DNA from: Paragordius varius
Taxonomy: Eukaryota; Animalia; Nematomorpha
Direction: 5' to 3'
DNA length: 64,000 nt
Assembly (NCBI GenBank): GCA_964247055.1
Contig: OZ176053.1
Location: 4,092,001-4,156,000, forward strand
The translations under genes and the position numbers were made by a program. Position 1 is the stretch's first letter. Every line of letters starts with the position of its first letter. The notes under the pieces are model-generated. The model was not told the origin of the DNA, ran no database searches, and saw only the letters and a list, made by a program, of their open reading frames with translations. Of this stretch, positions 48,101-60,397 are shown piece after piece.

Positions 48101-50125
48101 AATTTTTTATATCTATAAATTTAATTTTTATAAATTTAATATTTAGAGTTAAAAATATAATTAATAATAATGATACCCACAAAAAATACATATTCAATAA
48201 GCTTCGAAAATAATCACCTTAAATAAATTGATATTTTTTATCATAATAAATGCAACGCTATTTTTTAGAATAATTTGCTCTTAAGTTTATTCAAATTTTT
48301 TTCTTACATTATTTAGTTTTGATTCAACACGTTTATGATGCTACCTCCTTAAATCAAACCCAAAAGTTAATTCTTTTTATGCAAGATTTAAGTCAATTTC
48401 CCTTTTATTATGCTGACAATACAAAAATACAGGTATATCTAACCATTTTTTCAGCTTTATTTGAATTATTTATAACGGGATTATTATTGTATTTTTATAC
48501 TAGAATAGTTATAAATGATAAAAAAGATAATAAAGTCTTATTTTTCGTTTTAAAAATCATTTTAGTCCTTTCATTGTTTCTTGTTATAATTCTCGAATAT
48601 TTTGGCTTAAATTATTAATTATTTTTGAAAAGCTTTATGCTATGAAGAATACACGATTAATGATAAGAACATGTTTTTTATTATTATGGAAAACAGTCAT
48701 AAGTAAAAAAACGATTGGTATTTTATTTTATGTTGCATAATTATTCATAATATTTGATATGTTTTTTAGGAACTGTACAATGTTATCAAAAACAAGCTTA
48801 TTAAAACTATGGAACAATTTCTACATTTACCACTTTATCCAGCCCAGTAAACATACACCTTATATCTTCTCAAAAATTGAATTATATTATTTTATATTAA
48901 TAATTAAATTTTTTAATTTAAAACAATATAATGAGGGATATCAGGGGTTTGCGATCAAATAAAAATTACATTTACCTGTTTATCAGCTAACACATAAAAT
49001 ATTTATTGAATGAAAGATTTTTCATACATTAATAATTAAGTAACCTTTTTATACGATATATTTTGTATTGTGTTTCAATAACATTTTAATTTGAACTAAC
49101 ATTATATTTGTTGAGTATAAGGTTATTTGTTACTTTTTTAAACTTATTTATATATGTATTAAAAATAGAATATTGTTTTAATTTATGTTCTCATTTTTAT
49201 AGCATTCTCGCTGTCAACGTTGAAGTCCAAAATTATCGGAACCGTCAGTTTTGGTTCTGTATTAAAGTAATTTAACCATATTTAGCTTTAACTCTTAAAG
49301 AGTAAGTCTTGTAATATTGATATTTTTATTTGGTAGATCTTTGAAAATTTTATGATGTGGTCCTCTTTGTTTTCCCAAGAATCAATGATAGAATTTTTGG
49401 ATGGAATCCTTAACCGTTACCTTATAATAGGATTTCAACACTCCATAATATCTGCCAGTTTGTTTGACAAGTGTCAAAAGGTTATTATGACACTGAATTC
49501 AATTTTTAATTGTATAAATATTTGTCAGTACGCAATTTAAAATGGCTATTGTTTTGTCTAATGTTGTAATTTTTTCTTAATCAATAAATCTTACATGTTT
49601 GCTTATAATTAAATTTAAATAATTATATACCATTGATCGACGTATAACTGTTTAACAGTCAAAAAAAATTAAAAACGAGATTATATAACTTAACAATTTA
49701 TTGAAAAATGGTATTACTTAAATATAAATTTATTTATCATAATATGTAAAATTAAAATATAAAAAAGAGATAGTTTTTATATATAATTTTTAATTCAAGG
49801 TTTGGACCATTATAAACTCATATTTTACCCATGAGCTTAAAGCAGGTGATCAATCAAAATATTCCAATTTTGAATATATGCCACAATTTTTGCCGTTTTA
49901 CCGATATATGGTGTACTTGAAACAAAGCATAAACAATATGGACATAGCAATGTTCAGCGCACACTTTGGAAACTATGAAAAAACGTACGAAATTAAATTG
50001 TTAATTTATTCTACTTTTCAAAAGTTATTGTAATGTTTTTATTATGTTAATTAATCAATTCTCTATTTTTTATTTTATTTAGATATTTAATCACTGAATT
50101 GGACAAAATGATATCTCAATACTAA
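42138..50125 (+). CDS. PAXBP1: PAXBP1/GCFC2-family (Ntr2-like) GC-rich sequence DNA-binding factor, multi-exon
   Basis: LSFGDEE, DVFKIKKS, GDIPDAQMIFAARKQR and FERWEQEQIKKG. GCFC domain LFDDVLEDYC...FGQWKCKYPKSYKEAYI; LPLYP; RQFWFCIK; LDGILNRYLIIGFQ. Last exon 50083-50125. Invertebrates usually have one gene for both human paralogues. Confidence 0.88.
44514..44688. mobile_element. Tc1/mariner-type MITE (175 bp, TA target)
   Basis: TA|CAATATG...CATACTG|TA, with arms of about 60 bp (TGGTTGC.TATTTCACACTATA.TAGG.CAATTTGC) inverted. Confidence 0.75.
46214..46488. mobile_element. MITE with AATTCACCC subrepeats
   Basis: Inverted arms ACCATTTACA.TT.AAATTCACCCT.GAACAATTC at about 46215-46250 and 46445-46486, in a PAXBP1 intron. 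Confidence 0.7.
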
Positions 50126-50157
50126 ATAATTCACAGATATATTATTGGTATTATTAT

Positions 50158-50385
50158 GTAATAAATATAAAACATATTTGATTGTTATAAAGGTTTTTCA
50201 ATATAATGGATTATCAAAACCCGTTGTTAAATGTTAATCCAAATATTGCAAAACTGTGAAAATCTTTAACTGTAATAAATATAAACCCTATTTGATTGTT
50301 GTGAAAGTTTTTTATTTTTAATGGAATCTAAAAAGAACTCGCCAAACGTTAATCCAAATATAGCGAAACTTCAAAAATCTTTAAC
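50158..50385 (+). repeat. Diverged tandem duplication of about 114 bp covering the KCTD upstream region and start; first copy encodes a 17-aa uORF
   Basis: 50158-50271 vs 50272-50385. uORF 50206-50259 MDYQNPLLNVNPNIAKL* parallels the gene start MESKKNSPNVNPNIAKLQ. Confidence 0.8.
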
Positions 50386-51622
50386 TAATTTGTATTCTGA
50401 CACAAAATTAAATACATCGTCTAGTGAGCCTAAAAATTTATCCGCAAATGACAGAGATTTAAATAACGGAAAAAATTTAAAATTGACTAATGATGAACAT
50501 TCATCAGATAAAAAAGTTATGGAAACGGCCAAATTATCAGGTAATCTTGGTAAAGCTATAAATCCAAATTTAAAGGAGATATGGAAAAATCAAGGAGAAA
50601 GTATTGGCTTACCCCAAGATAAAAGTAAAAAAATCAATGAAAAATCACCAGGAACCTCGGATTTTATTAAGAAAATGGCTGAAAAACTTAAACAACAAAC
50701 AGCGCCGCCACAAGAAAGGTCGAATGAAGTAGTAACTAAATATCCTAAGACAGAATATAGCATGAAAGAAAAAATAACGCAAAATACTGATAGTTCATCT
50801 AATAATATCCCTATTCATCAGTCCCACAAAACATTGGAAAAAAGAATATCTCGAAAAAGTTTTATCGAAAAAGGTAATGATACCATAATTTCGCTAAATG
50901 TTGGAGGTGAAACGTTTCAAACATTACAGAGTACATTGGCCAAATTTTCATCATCCAAATTAAGTGCTTGGTTTGCCAACACCAATGATAATACTTTGTT
51001 TAAAGATAAAAATGGTAATTGTTTTATAGATAGGAATCCGATTACATTCGCCATAATTTTAAATTATTTGAGATATGGAACAATAGATTTAGAAACCTGC
51101 TCATTAACCTTTATTCGCAATCTTTTACAAGATGCCATTTACTTTAATATTGAGCCATTGATAAAATTAGTTGAAACCTTTATGTCCAATCGAGAGGGTC
51201 CCATAAAAACTCTAAATTTGCAAGTTTTTGTTTATGAACTGATTGGCGGACAAAGTAAATATCATGATTTTAAAGACGCTCTTATGAAGTATATCGAAAC
51301 ATCAACAGAAATACCACCAAGTTATATGTACGAAGATAAAAATGTATTTTATGATCATACTATTGTTTGGCTTAATTTCTCCCCAATAATCCCAATCAAC
51401 AATATTAATGTACTTAATTATCAAATTTCGTCTTTGGATATTACATCTGACAGAGAAAAAAATGGACAAAACCAAAAAATATTTTTGCTTTTTATCTGTC
51501 GTAATTTGATTCAAGATGGTTATGACCTAAATATTATCCATTCATATAATTATAACACAGTCATTGATACAAATTATATTTTATATGGTTTGGGATTTAG
51601 TTGGGAAAAACTTTCTCTTTAG
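50321..51622 (+). CDS. KCTD-family BTB/POZ (T1-type) domain protein, intronless (433 aa)
   Basis: IISLNVGGETFQTLQSTLAKF...LSAWF...DKNGNCFIDRNPITFAIILNYLRYG; long low-complexity N-terminus. Confidence 0.85.
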   Translation: MESKKNSPNVNPNIAKLQKSLTNLYSDTKLNTSSSEPKNLSANDRDLNNGKNLKLTNDEHSSDKKVMETAKLSGNLGKAINPNLKEIWKNQGESIGLPQDKSKKINEKSPGTSDFIKKMAEKLKQQTAPPQERSNEVVTKYPKTEYSMKEKITQNTDSSSNNIPIHQSHKTLEKRISRKSFIEKGNDTIISLNVGGETFQTLQSTLAKFSSSKLSAWFANTNDNTLFKDKNGNCFIDRNPITFAIILNYLRYGTIDLETCSLTFIRNLLQDAIYFNIEPLIKLVETFMSNREGPIKTLNLQVFVYELIGGQSKYHDFKDALMKYIETSTEIPPSYMYEDKNVFYDHTIVWLNFSPIIPINNINVLNYQISSLDITSDREKNGQNQKIFLLFICRNLIQDGYDLNIIHSYNYNTVIDTNYILYGLGFSWEKLSL

Positions 51623-52123
51623 AAAGAATAAATACTTAAAATATACATAAATTTAAGGACGTTTATGTTTTAAAGTGGGAAACCGATGTCTTCATTGAGT
51701 GGACATATTTTTACCAAAATTTAAATAAATTTTCCATGGTTTCACAAGCAAAGTTTTGTGCCGAGATCACCTCTTAATTGAGTCTGTATTAATGCTTATA
51801 ATCATCCACAACATAGGTTTTTAAACGAAAAAAAAATAATTATATTGCAAATGAGAAAACAAAAATAAATTTTGATAATATTAATGCTTTAAGTGCCATT
51901 TTTTTTATTTACATTCTATAAATATCTTTAAATTAATAAAATCACACCTAATCATTTTTATTCCATAATAAATGTAGCAATTTTTTTTGGAATCGGAACT
52001 TTCTCGTTCTGGATTGATGAAAAAATCAGCGGTAATTACTAAAAACCGGTTCCGATTACCTCGTTTTACCTCTTATCTTAAATTATGCTGTATTAAATAT
52101 TCATACTTTCTAAAAAAGCATAA

Positions 52124-55100
52124 CACAGTGCGGCAAAAATGTGGATCAAGAAATAAAGGTTAATGATTGTATCATTCGATAGCTATTTAGGTTAATTAAT
52201 ATCAAAATGATGCATAAGTTTTACATTATAGAAAAAAGTTGTTATTTTAGCCAAAATCAAAAAAATTGTATTTTTATAAGTCAAATAAAATTGTGTCAGC
52301 TAAATTTTGTTTTAATATAGCATAAGGATAATTCTTAACGCAAAATATTATCAACAGATTTTACATTTTTTCGGAGGGTCCCAGAAAGATTTGATAAGCT
52401 AAAAAATTCGCATTTAGGCGTTAAATTTGAATTATAATAACTTATTTATATGCTGTAAAAGATTTAAATTTATATTAAAACAATCATATATTAACTTCAT
52501 ATATAGAGTTACCCAATATATCGCCTTCTAAAAAATTTAAGCCATATATAAAAAAGAATTTTTTTCAATAATTTGCACCAAAGCGGGAAGTTGCGTATAT
52601 TTTTATAAAGCATCCAATAGATATACAGTATGCATTTTAATGTATGTTCAGTAATTTTATTGCCAGTCCAATAACATAAATGGTTTATCAAATGCGTAAA
52701 ATACTGACCCACGAAATTATTTCGTAGGACACATATGAAAGAGGATTGACGTGAGAATTAACATAAGCTTTAATTTGATGGATATTTTGTAATGTTAAAT
52801 TTTGAGAATATTATAGCAATTTATGTTAACATTTGTAATATTGTTGTTACGTATTTAGATGCGGAATTTTGTGGATTTTTATCTTTGATAAATTAATAAA
52901 TAGTAAAATACGCATTTTAAGATTTTTAATGTTAATTATTCCTAAATTTAATAATAAATATTTTTCAACATGCTAAATACCTGTATTAATCAAGATTTTA
53001 TAATTTTATATAGTTGTTATTACTAATTAAAAGAACACAAGTAAATATATATTTGTGAAAATTTAAGTAGATTTTTGTCTTTTATGTTTTGCATTGTTAA
53101 TTATTAGTAATTTTTAAGTATTTCAGACATTTTAATCAGGTAAAAATTCAGTTTTTAAATTTAGTCAAATTTAATTATTTTTGTTTTTTTATGTAACATT
53201 GTTAATTGTAATTAATTACTACATATTTTGGACTTTATAATAAATACAGGTAAAAATTGTGGTTTTTAATAAATTTAGTTAAATTTTAATTTTTTTGTTT
53301 TTTTATTTAACATTGTTATTTGTAATTAATTACTACATATTTTGGACATTTAATAATTACAGATAAAAATTGCGGTTTTTAATAAATTTAGTAAAAATTT
53401 AACATTTTTGTATTTCGTAACATTGTTCGCGAATCATAGTAATTTTTACCTGTATATTTCAATGTATCAAAAATATATAGTAATTAATAAATTAGCAACG
53501 TTGGACAAAAATATAAAAATTTTACTCATTTATTAAAAACCGCCATTTTCACCCGTATTTATTAAAATTTCCAAAATATTTATTAATTAATAACAAATAA
53601 CAATAATACAAAATACAAAAACGTTAATTTACTAAATTTATTAAAAACCGCAATTTTTACCTGTAATTATTAAATGCCCAAAATATGTAGTAATTAATTA
53701 CAATTAACAATGCAAAACCTATAAAAACAAAAAAAACTAAATTTTTACTAAATTTATTAAAAACCGCAATTTTTACCTGTATTTATTATAAAGTCCAAAA
53801 TATGTAGTAGTTAATTACAATTAACAATGCAAAACCTAAAAAAACAAAAAAAACCAAATTTTTACTAAATTGTTAAAAACCGCAATTCTTACCTGTATTT
53901 GTAATAATGTCCAAAATATGTAGTAATTAATTACAATTAGCAATGCAAAACCTAAAAAACAAAACTAAATTTTTACTAAATTTATTAAAAACCGACCTGT
54001 ATTTATTATAAAGTCCAAAATATGTAGTAATTAACAATTAACAATGCAAAACCTAAAAAAACAAAAAAAACCAAATTTTTACTAAATTGTTAAAAACCGC
54101 AATTCTTACCTGTATTTGTAATAATGTCCAAAATATGTAGTAATTAATTACAATTAGCAATGCAAAACCTAAAAAACAAAACTAAATTTTTACTAAATTT
54201 ATTAAAAACCGACCTGTATTTATTATAAAGTCCAAAATATGTAGTAATTAACAATTAACAATGCAAAACCTAAAAAAACAAAAAAAAAACAAATTTTTAC
54301 TAAATTGTTAAAAACCGCAATTTTTACCTGTATTTGTAATGTCCAAAATATGTAATTAATTACAATTAGCAATGCAAAACCTAAAAAAACAAAAAAAACT
54401 AAATTTTTACTAAATTTCTTAAAAACCGCAAGTTTTACCTGTATATAATGTCCAAAATATGTAGTAATTAATTACAATTAGCAATGCAAAACCTAAAAAA
54501 CAAAACTAAATTTTTACTAAATTTATTAAAAACCGACCTGTATTTATTATAAAGTCCAAAATATGTAGTAATTAACAATTAACAATGCAAAACCTAAAAA
54601 AACAAAAAAAAAACAAATTTTTACTAAATTGTTAAAAACCGCAATTTTTACCTGTATTTGTAATGTCCAAAATATGTAATTAATTACAATTAGCAATGCA
54701 AAACCTAAAAAAACAAAAAAAACTAAATTTTTACTAAATTTCTTAAAAACCGCAAGTTTTACCTGTATATAATGTCCAAAATATGTAGTAATTAATTACA
54801 ATTAGCAATGCAAAACCTAAAAAACAAAACTAAATTTTTACTAAATTTATTAAAAACCGACCTGTATTTATTATAAAGTCCAAAATATGTAGTAATTAAC
54901 AATTAACAATGCAAAACCTAAAAAAACAAAAAAAAAACAAATTTTTACTAAATTGTTAAAAACCGCAATTTTTACCTGTATTTGTAATGTCCAAAATATG
55001 TAATTAATTACAATTAGCAATGCAAAACCTAAAAAAACAAAAAAAACTAAATTTTTACTAAATTTCTTAAAAACCGCAAGTTTTACCTGTATATAATGTC

Positions 55101-57231
55101 CAAAATATGTAGTAATTAATTACAATTGACAATGCAAAACCTAAAAAAAGACTAAATTTTTACTGAATTTGTTAAAAACCGCAATTTTTACCTGTAATTA
55201 TTAAAATGTCTAAAATATGTAGTAGTTAATTACAATTGACAATGCAAAACCTAAAAAAACACAAAAAGACTAAATTTTTACTGAATTTGTTAAAAACCGC
55301 AATTTTTACCTGTATTTGTAATAATGTCCAAAATATATAGTAATTAATTACAATTAGCAATGCAAAACCTAAAAAACAAAACTAAATTTTTACTAAATTT
55401 ATTAAAAACCGACCTGTATTTATTATAAAGTCCAAAATATGTAGTAATTAACAATTAACAATGCAAAACCTAAAAAAACAAAAAAAACCAAATTTTTACT
55501 AAATTGTTAAAAACCGCAATTCTTACCTGTATTTGTAATAATGTCCAAAATATGTAGTAATTAATTACAATTAGCAATGCAAAACTAAAAAACAAAACTA
55601 AATTTTTACTTATTAAAAACCGACCTGTATTTATTATAAAGTCCAAAATATGTAGTAATTAATTACAATTAACAATGCAAAACCTAAAAAAACAAAAAAA
55701 AACAAATTTTTACTAAATTGTTAAAAACCGCAATTTTTACCTGTATTTGTAATGTCCAAAATATGTAATTAATTACAATTAGCAATGCAAAACCTAAAAA
55801 AACAAAAAAAACTAAATTTTTACTAAATTTCTTAAAAACCGCAATTTTTACCTGTACATAATGTCCAAAATATGTAGTAATTAATTACAATTAACAAAGC
55901 AAAACCTAGAAAACAAAAAAAAACTAAATTTTTTATTATTTGTTAAAAACCGCAATTTTTACCTGTATTTATTATAATGTCCAAAATATGTAGTAATCAA
56001 TTACAATTAAAAATGCAAAACCTAAAAAAGAAAAAAAAACTAAATTTTTACTAAACTTAAACCGCAATTTTTACCTGTATTTATTGTAATGTCCAAAATA
56101 TGTATTAATTAATTACAATTAACAATGTTACATTAAAAAAACAAAAAAAATTAAATTTGACTAAATATAAAAACCGAATTTTTACCTGATTAAAATGTCT
56201 GAAATAGTTAAAAATTATTAATAATTAACAATGCAAAACATAAAAGACAAAAATCTAAAATCTACTTAAATTTTTACAAATATATATTTACCTGTGTTTT
56301 TTTAATTATTAATAACAACTATATAAAATTATAACCAATCTTGATTAATACAGGTATTTAGCATGTTGAAAAATATTTATTATTAAATTTAGGAATAATT
56401 AACATTAAAAATCTTAAAATGCGTATTTTACTATTTATTAATTTATCAAAGATAAAAATCCACAAAATTCCGCAACTAAATACGTAAAAACATTACAAAT
56501 GTTAACATAAATTGCTATAATATTCTCAAAATTTAACATTACAAAATATCCATCAAATTAAAGCTTATGTTAATTCTCACGTCAATCCTCTTTCATATGT
56601 GTCCTACGAAATAATTTCGTGGGTCAGTATTTTACGCATTTGATAAACCATTTATGTTATTGGACTGGCAATAAAATTACTGAACATACATTAAAATGCA
56701 TACGGTATAAATATGAATGTTTTGTAAAAATTATTCGCAGCTTCCGCTTTGGTGCAAATTATCGAATAATTTTCTTTTTTATATAAGACTCAAATTTATT
56801 GATGGCGATATATTGTAGATCTCTATATGTAAAGTTAATATATGATTGATTTTATATAAATCTTTTACCGCATATTAACAATTTTTTTTCATTTATAACC
56901 GACGCCAAAGTGCGATTTATTACCTTATATTCTTGAAAATCTTTCTGGCCCTTCCAAAAAATGTAAAATCTTTGTTAATAATATTTTGAGTTTAAAATTA
57001 ACCTTATGCTATATCAATACAAATAAAATTTAGCTGACACGTTTTTCTCTATTGAATTGAATATTTTGACCTAATGTGCAATAAAAATGTGATGTTTTGA
57101 TTTTGGCTAATAACAGAAAAATTAAAAAAACTTTTTTTTCGACTATTGTATATATCATTTCGAAATTCATTGTTCTGAAGACTTAAGCTATCTATATATG
57201 GTTTAATAACATTTTTTTGCCGCGCACCGTG
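52124..57231. mobile_element. 5.1-kb fold-back (long-TIR) element / palindrome with Transib-like termini and internal minisatellite
   Basis: 52124-about 53420 is the reverse complement of about 55900-57231. Termini CACAGTGCGGCAAAAAT and (reverse complement) CACGGTGCGCGGCAAAAAAAT. No ORF of note; no clean TSD. Confidence 0.85.
53100..56230. repeat. Minisatellite of about 103-118-bp AT-rich units (3 reverse units, then 25 forward units)
   Basis: Unit AAAAACCGCAATTTTTACCTGTA...GTCCAAAATATGTAGTAATTAATTACAATTA.CAATGCAAAACCTAAAAAA..ACTAAATTTTTACTAAATT; 25 forward AAA(A)CCG anchors counted between about 53536 and 56169. Confidence 0.95.
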
Positions 57232-57983
57232 TTGCAGCATATAGCAGATAGTCACCAATATTAAATTGACTTTGACATAAAAAAATCCGAAAAATGTTTC
57301 GTTCCCTATACATATTAGATTAAATAGAATAAAAAAAAAATTATTGTATAAGCTTTAATGCAAGTTATGGCGTTATTTATTTGGGGTTCTACTTAAAAAA
57401 ATTGAGTTGAAAAATTCAAAAGAATCTCAAATTCCATGCACATTAGGTTAAATAGTTTTTTTTTGAAGAAGATAAGTGTATCAAATTGGTTTTTACACAT
57501 GATGAAAACCAGATATTTTATGGCCTCCTAAAAACTAAACCGCAAGATTTATATTGTCCTCGTGTGCAATACTTTTTAAACATCACAGTAATGATATGGC
57601 CTATGTTTGCATAATATTATTTTCTTAATCTGTTAATAATTGTACCGAATAAATTTACTTTTGTTTTTGAATCTTGATTAAACATTTAATTTAAAAATAT
57701 TAAGGTGTCTATGCAAAAAAAATTTGTGTTAAATCGCTAAGAATATAATATGTCCCATATTCTAGATTTAAATTGGTGGTTCCCCCAATCAAATAATATA
57801 AAATTGTAACTTGATTTGACCCGATTTCAAAAAAGTGGCCTGCCTAGAGCTAAGTGTTTTGATGAAAAATTTTAAAATAAAATATCATCTAATAATTTAT
57901 TAATGAGATTCTTAGATATTGAATAAATAAATGTTATGTGTAGTAAATGCAATAACTGATTTTCTACACTAGTCTTTGCCGAA

Positions 57984-60350
57984 TCATACAAAATTTTGTG
58001 TAATTTTATTATTAATAATACTAAACACTTCAGCCTGTAAATCTTTATAATTGCGTTCAATTTGTTCTTGGTAATCACGTTGGTCTTCATGGCACAAATG
58101 TTTATTTAGTGTCAAAGCTTCTTGACATTTGTTTAGAAACAGTTTAAATGAAATGCGTAACTTATTGTGATGCATGGTGGGAATAGTTTTCCCCTCAATC
58201 ACAGGTAAAAGAAATGTATGAGCCACATATAAAGGACCCATATTAACTGTAGGCCCCAGTGATCCTTGAAGTACCATAGCCAAAATTTTTGCATCTTGTT
58301 TGCACGTAGCATCGGTTAATTCCGCACATTTGTTCTCCATATCCTCTATGGCCACTTCTATGGGCGTAAGGACAATCTGTTCTTTATCAATCACAAGGAT
58401 ACGAGTCTTAATATATGGAAATGAATGTTGAGTAGTCAAGATGGTTTTCCTTTTATACTGTTCATCCAACGAACCATGTGATCGACCGCTTTTAGTAAAT
58501 GGTGTAGCAAAAATAAACCGACGAATATTATAATTTCGATAAAAGGATGATGGACATTTGGTTTCTTCGGAAATGTCCAAATATGGTTCTACAAAAGTTA
58601 TCTGTATATAACATTTGGCATCTTCCAAGTATTCTCGTTTGACCAAATTAGAATCCTTGATACATTCGATTGGACAGTCAAGTATTTTGCTATATTGAGT
58701 GGTTAAACGATGCGTTATTTCAGATAATTTGGTAACAGCGGGTTCCTTATATATGTATTCTTTGCCATCTAATGCGGCAAATAATTTACCATAAAAACCT
58801 ACCCTAAAATACGTGGCGCCATATTGTAGAGCCATGCGTTTTTCATCTCGTTGAACAATCTTGGAGAATATTTCATGTAATTTCCCATGAATACTTGCTA
58901 ACTTTTTGGCATCTGTATAATGTTCATGTATGGGTATTAAAAGTTTGTAAACTTCATTAACGATTTCAAATTCGGATGCCATATTGAGCGAACTCGCCGA
59001 TTGCTCAAGCAATCCAATCAATCCCGATTCAGAAAAGTATTTGGAATTAAAGGTTGTTTCATCGTCCCGTAAAGCGGCATATGTTAACATATCATCGCTT
59101 GTGGTAGCTAATAATGATGTCAAAGGCGTGTTTGTTGCCATTGATATATTTGATGTTCGGGTCGTGGAACTTGGGGATTTTATTACAATCGTTTCTTCTT
59201 TCGGTATATTATGTGATAAGGGAAGGTAGGAAACAGCTCCTTTTGGCAAATATCGTCTGCGTTAAAAATATACGATTACATATGAAAAAAATTAGATATT
59301 TTGAAAATAATGAGTTTCATTAGTAAGAATGATTTATACACACCTCAAACATTATGTTTTAAAAACGGGTAATTATATGCTACTAAAAATAAATGGTATC
59401 TTAGACATAAAAATCGTTATCTTCACAGTGATAATGTCAATATAATGTAGTGTTGGTATCGAACCATTAAATAGTGAAATACATACATTTTGTACGAGTG
59501 AGTGATGTATCTACCCACAACGCATTCAATATATAACCTCTGTTTAAATAATAATGTTATGTTTCAATTTCAACACTAACAATATACACTGTAACAAGGT
59601 TTTTAAATTTTAAACACACTTAACGCATGACCGAAATTTTAACTACTAAAAATTTGACATTTTTTAAAACCTGTGTTCGATAATTTGCAAGAATTCATTG
59701 ACCAAAGCAGAAGCATGCAAAAGACATTGGGCAGCTTCAGAATGACAGGATCTTCCACTATGAAATGCGGCAAGGTTTTGAAGCCATGCAAGCTTAAGGT
59801 TTGGGCAATGTACATAACTCCGAACTAATTCGTACATGACATCCACACAATTTTCCGGATCCGATTTTAGTATGCTGGCCGCATTTTCGGCACACAACGA
59901 TGTGGAAGTAATCACTAACAATTTGGATGAGCCCAGGGCGGCGTAATTATATCCTGTCGTTTGAAGGTTAGGACATATCGTGGCGTAATGATTGATAATT
60001 TTGCCCAATACCTCAAGGATTGAATGAACTTGGGCAGGAAAAGATGTCCCACGCATATGAGTATCCCGATTGGTATAAACTTCAACGGTTTTCAATGCAA
60101 TCCTCAAGCTTGCGGAACAAAGTTCAACCGAATAGTAAGCTAATAGCTCACTCATGGCTGTTGTAAGGTATATTTTGGTGATGGTAAAACTGTTTCCTTC
60201 CTCATAATTCTTGAACATCAAATGATAGATAGAAGCTATGGCTTGGCATCGTATAGTACTGTTATCAGAGCACACGTTTAGCAATATAAGACGGCATAAT
60301 TCATAACATATTTCACGTTCCTCTTCGAAAATGATATCGGGGTACTACAA

Positions 60351-60397
<47 letters not shown>

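Noticed and set aside
52509-52712. 67-aa ORF in the palindrome arm
   Set aside because: No motif; the mirrored arm diverges in its second half, with no sign of coding constraint.
53440-56230. Regularly spaced repeats suggestive of a CRISPR array
   Set aside because: Units are contiguous ~110-bp copies with no unique spacers, there are no cas genes, and the context is eukaryotic; it is a minisatellite.
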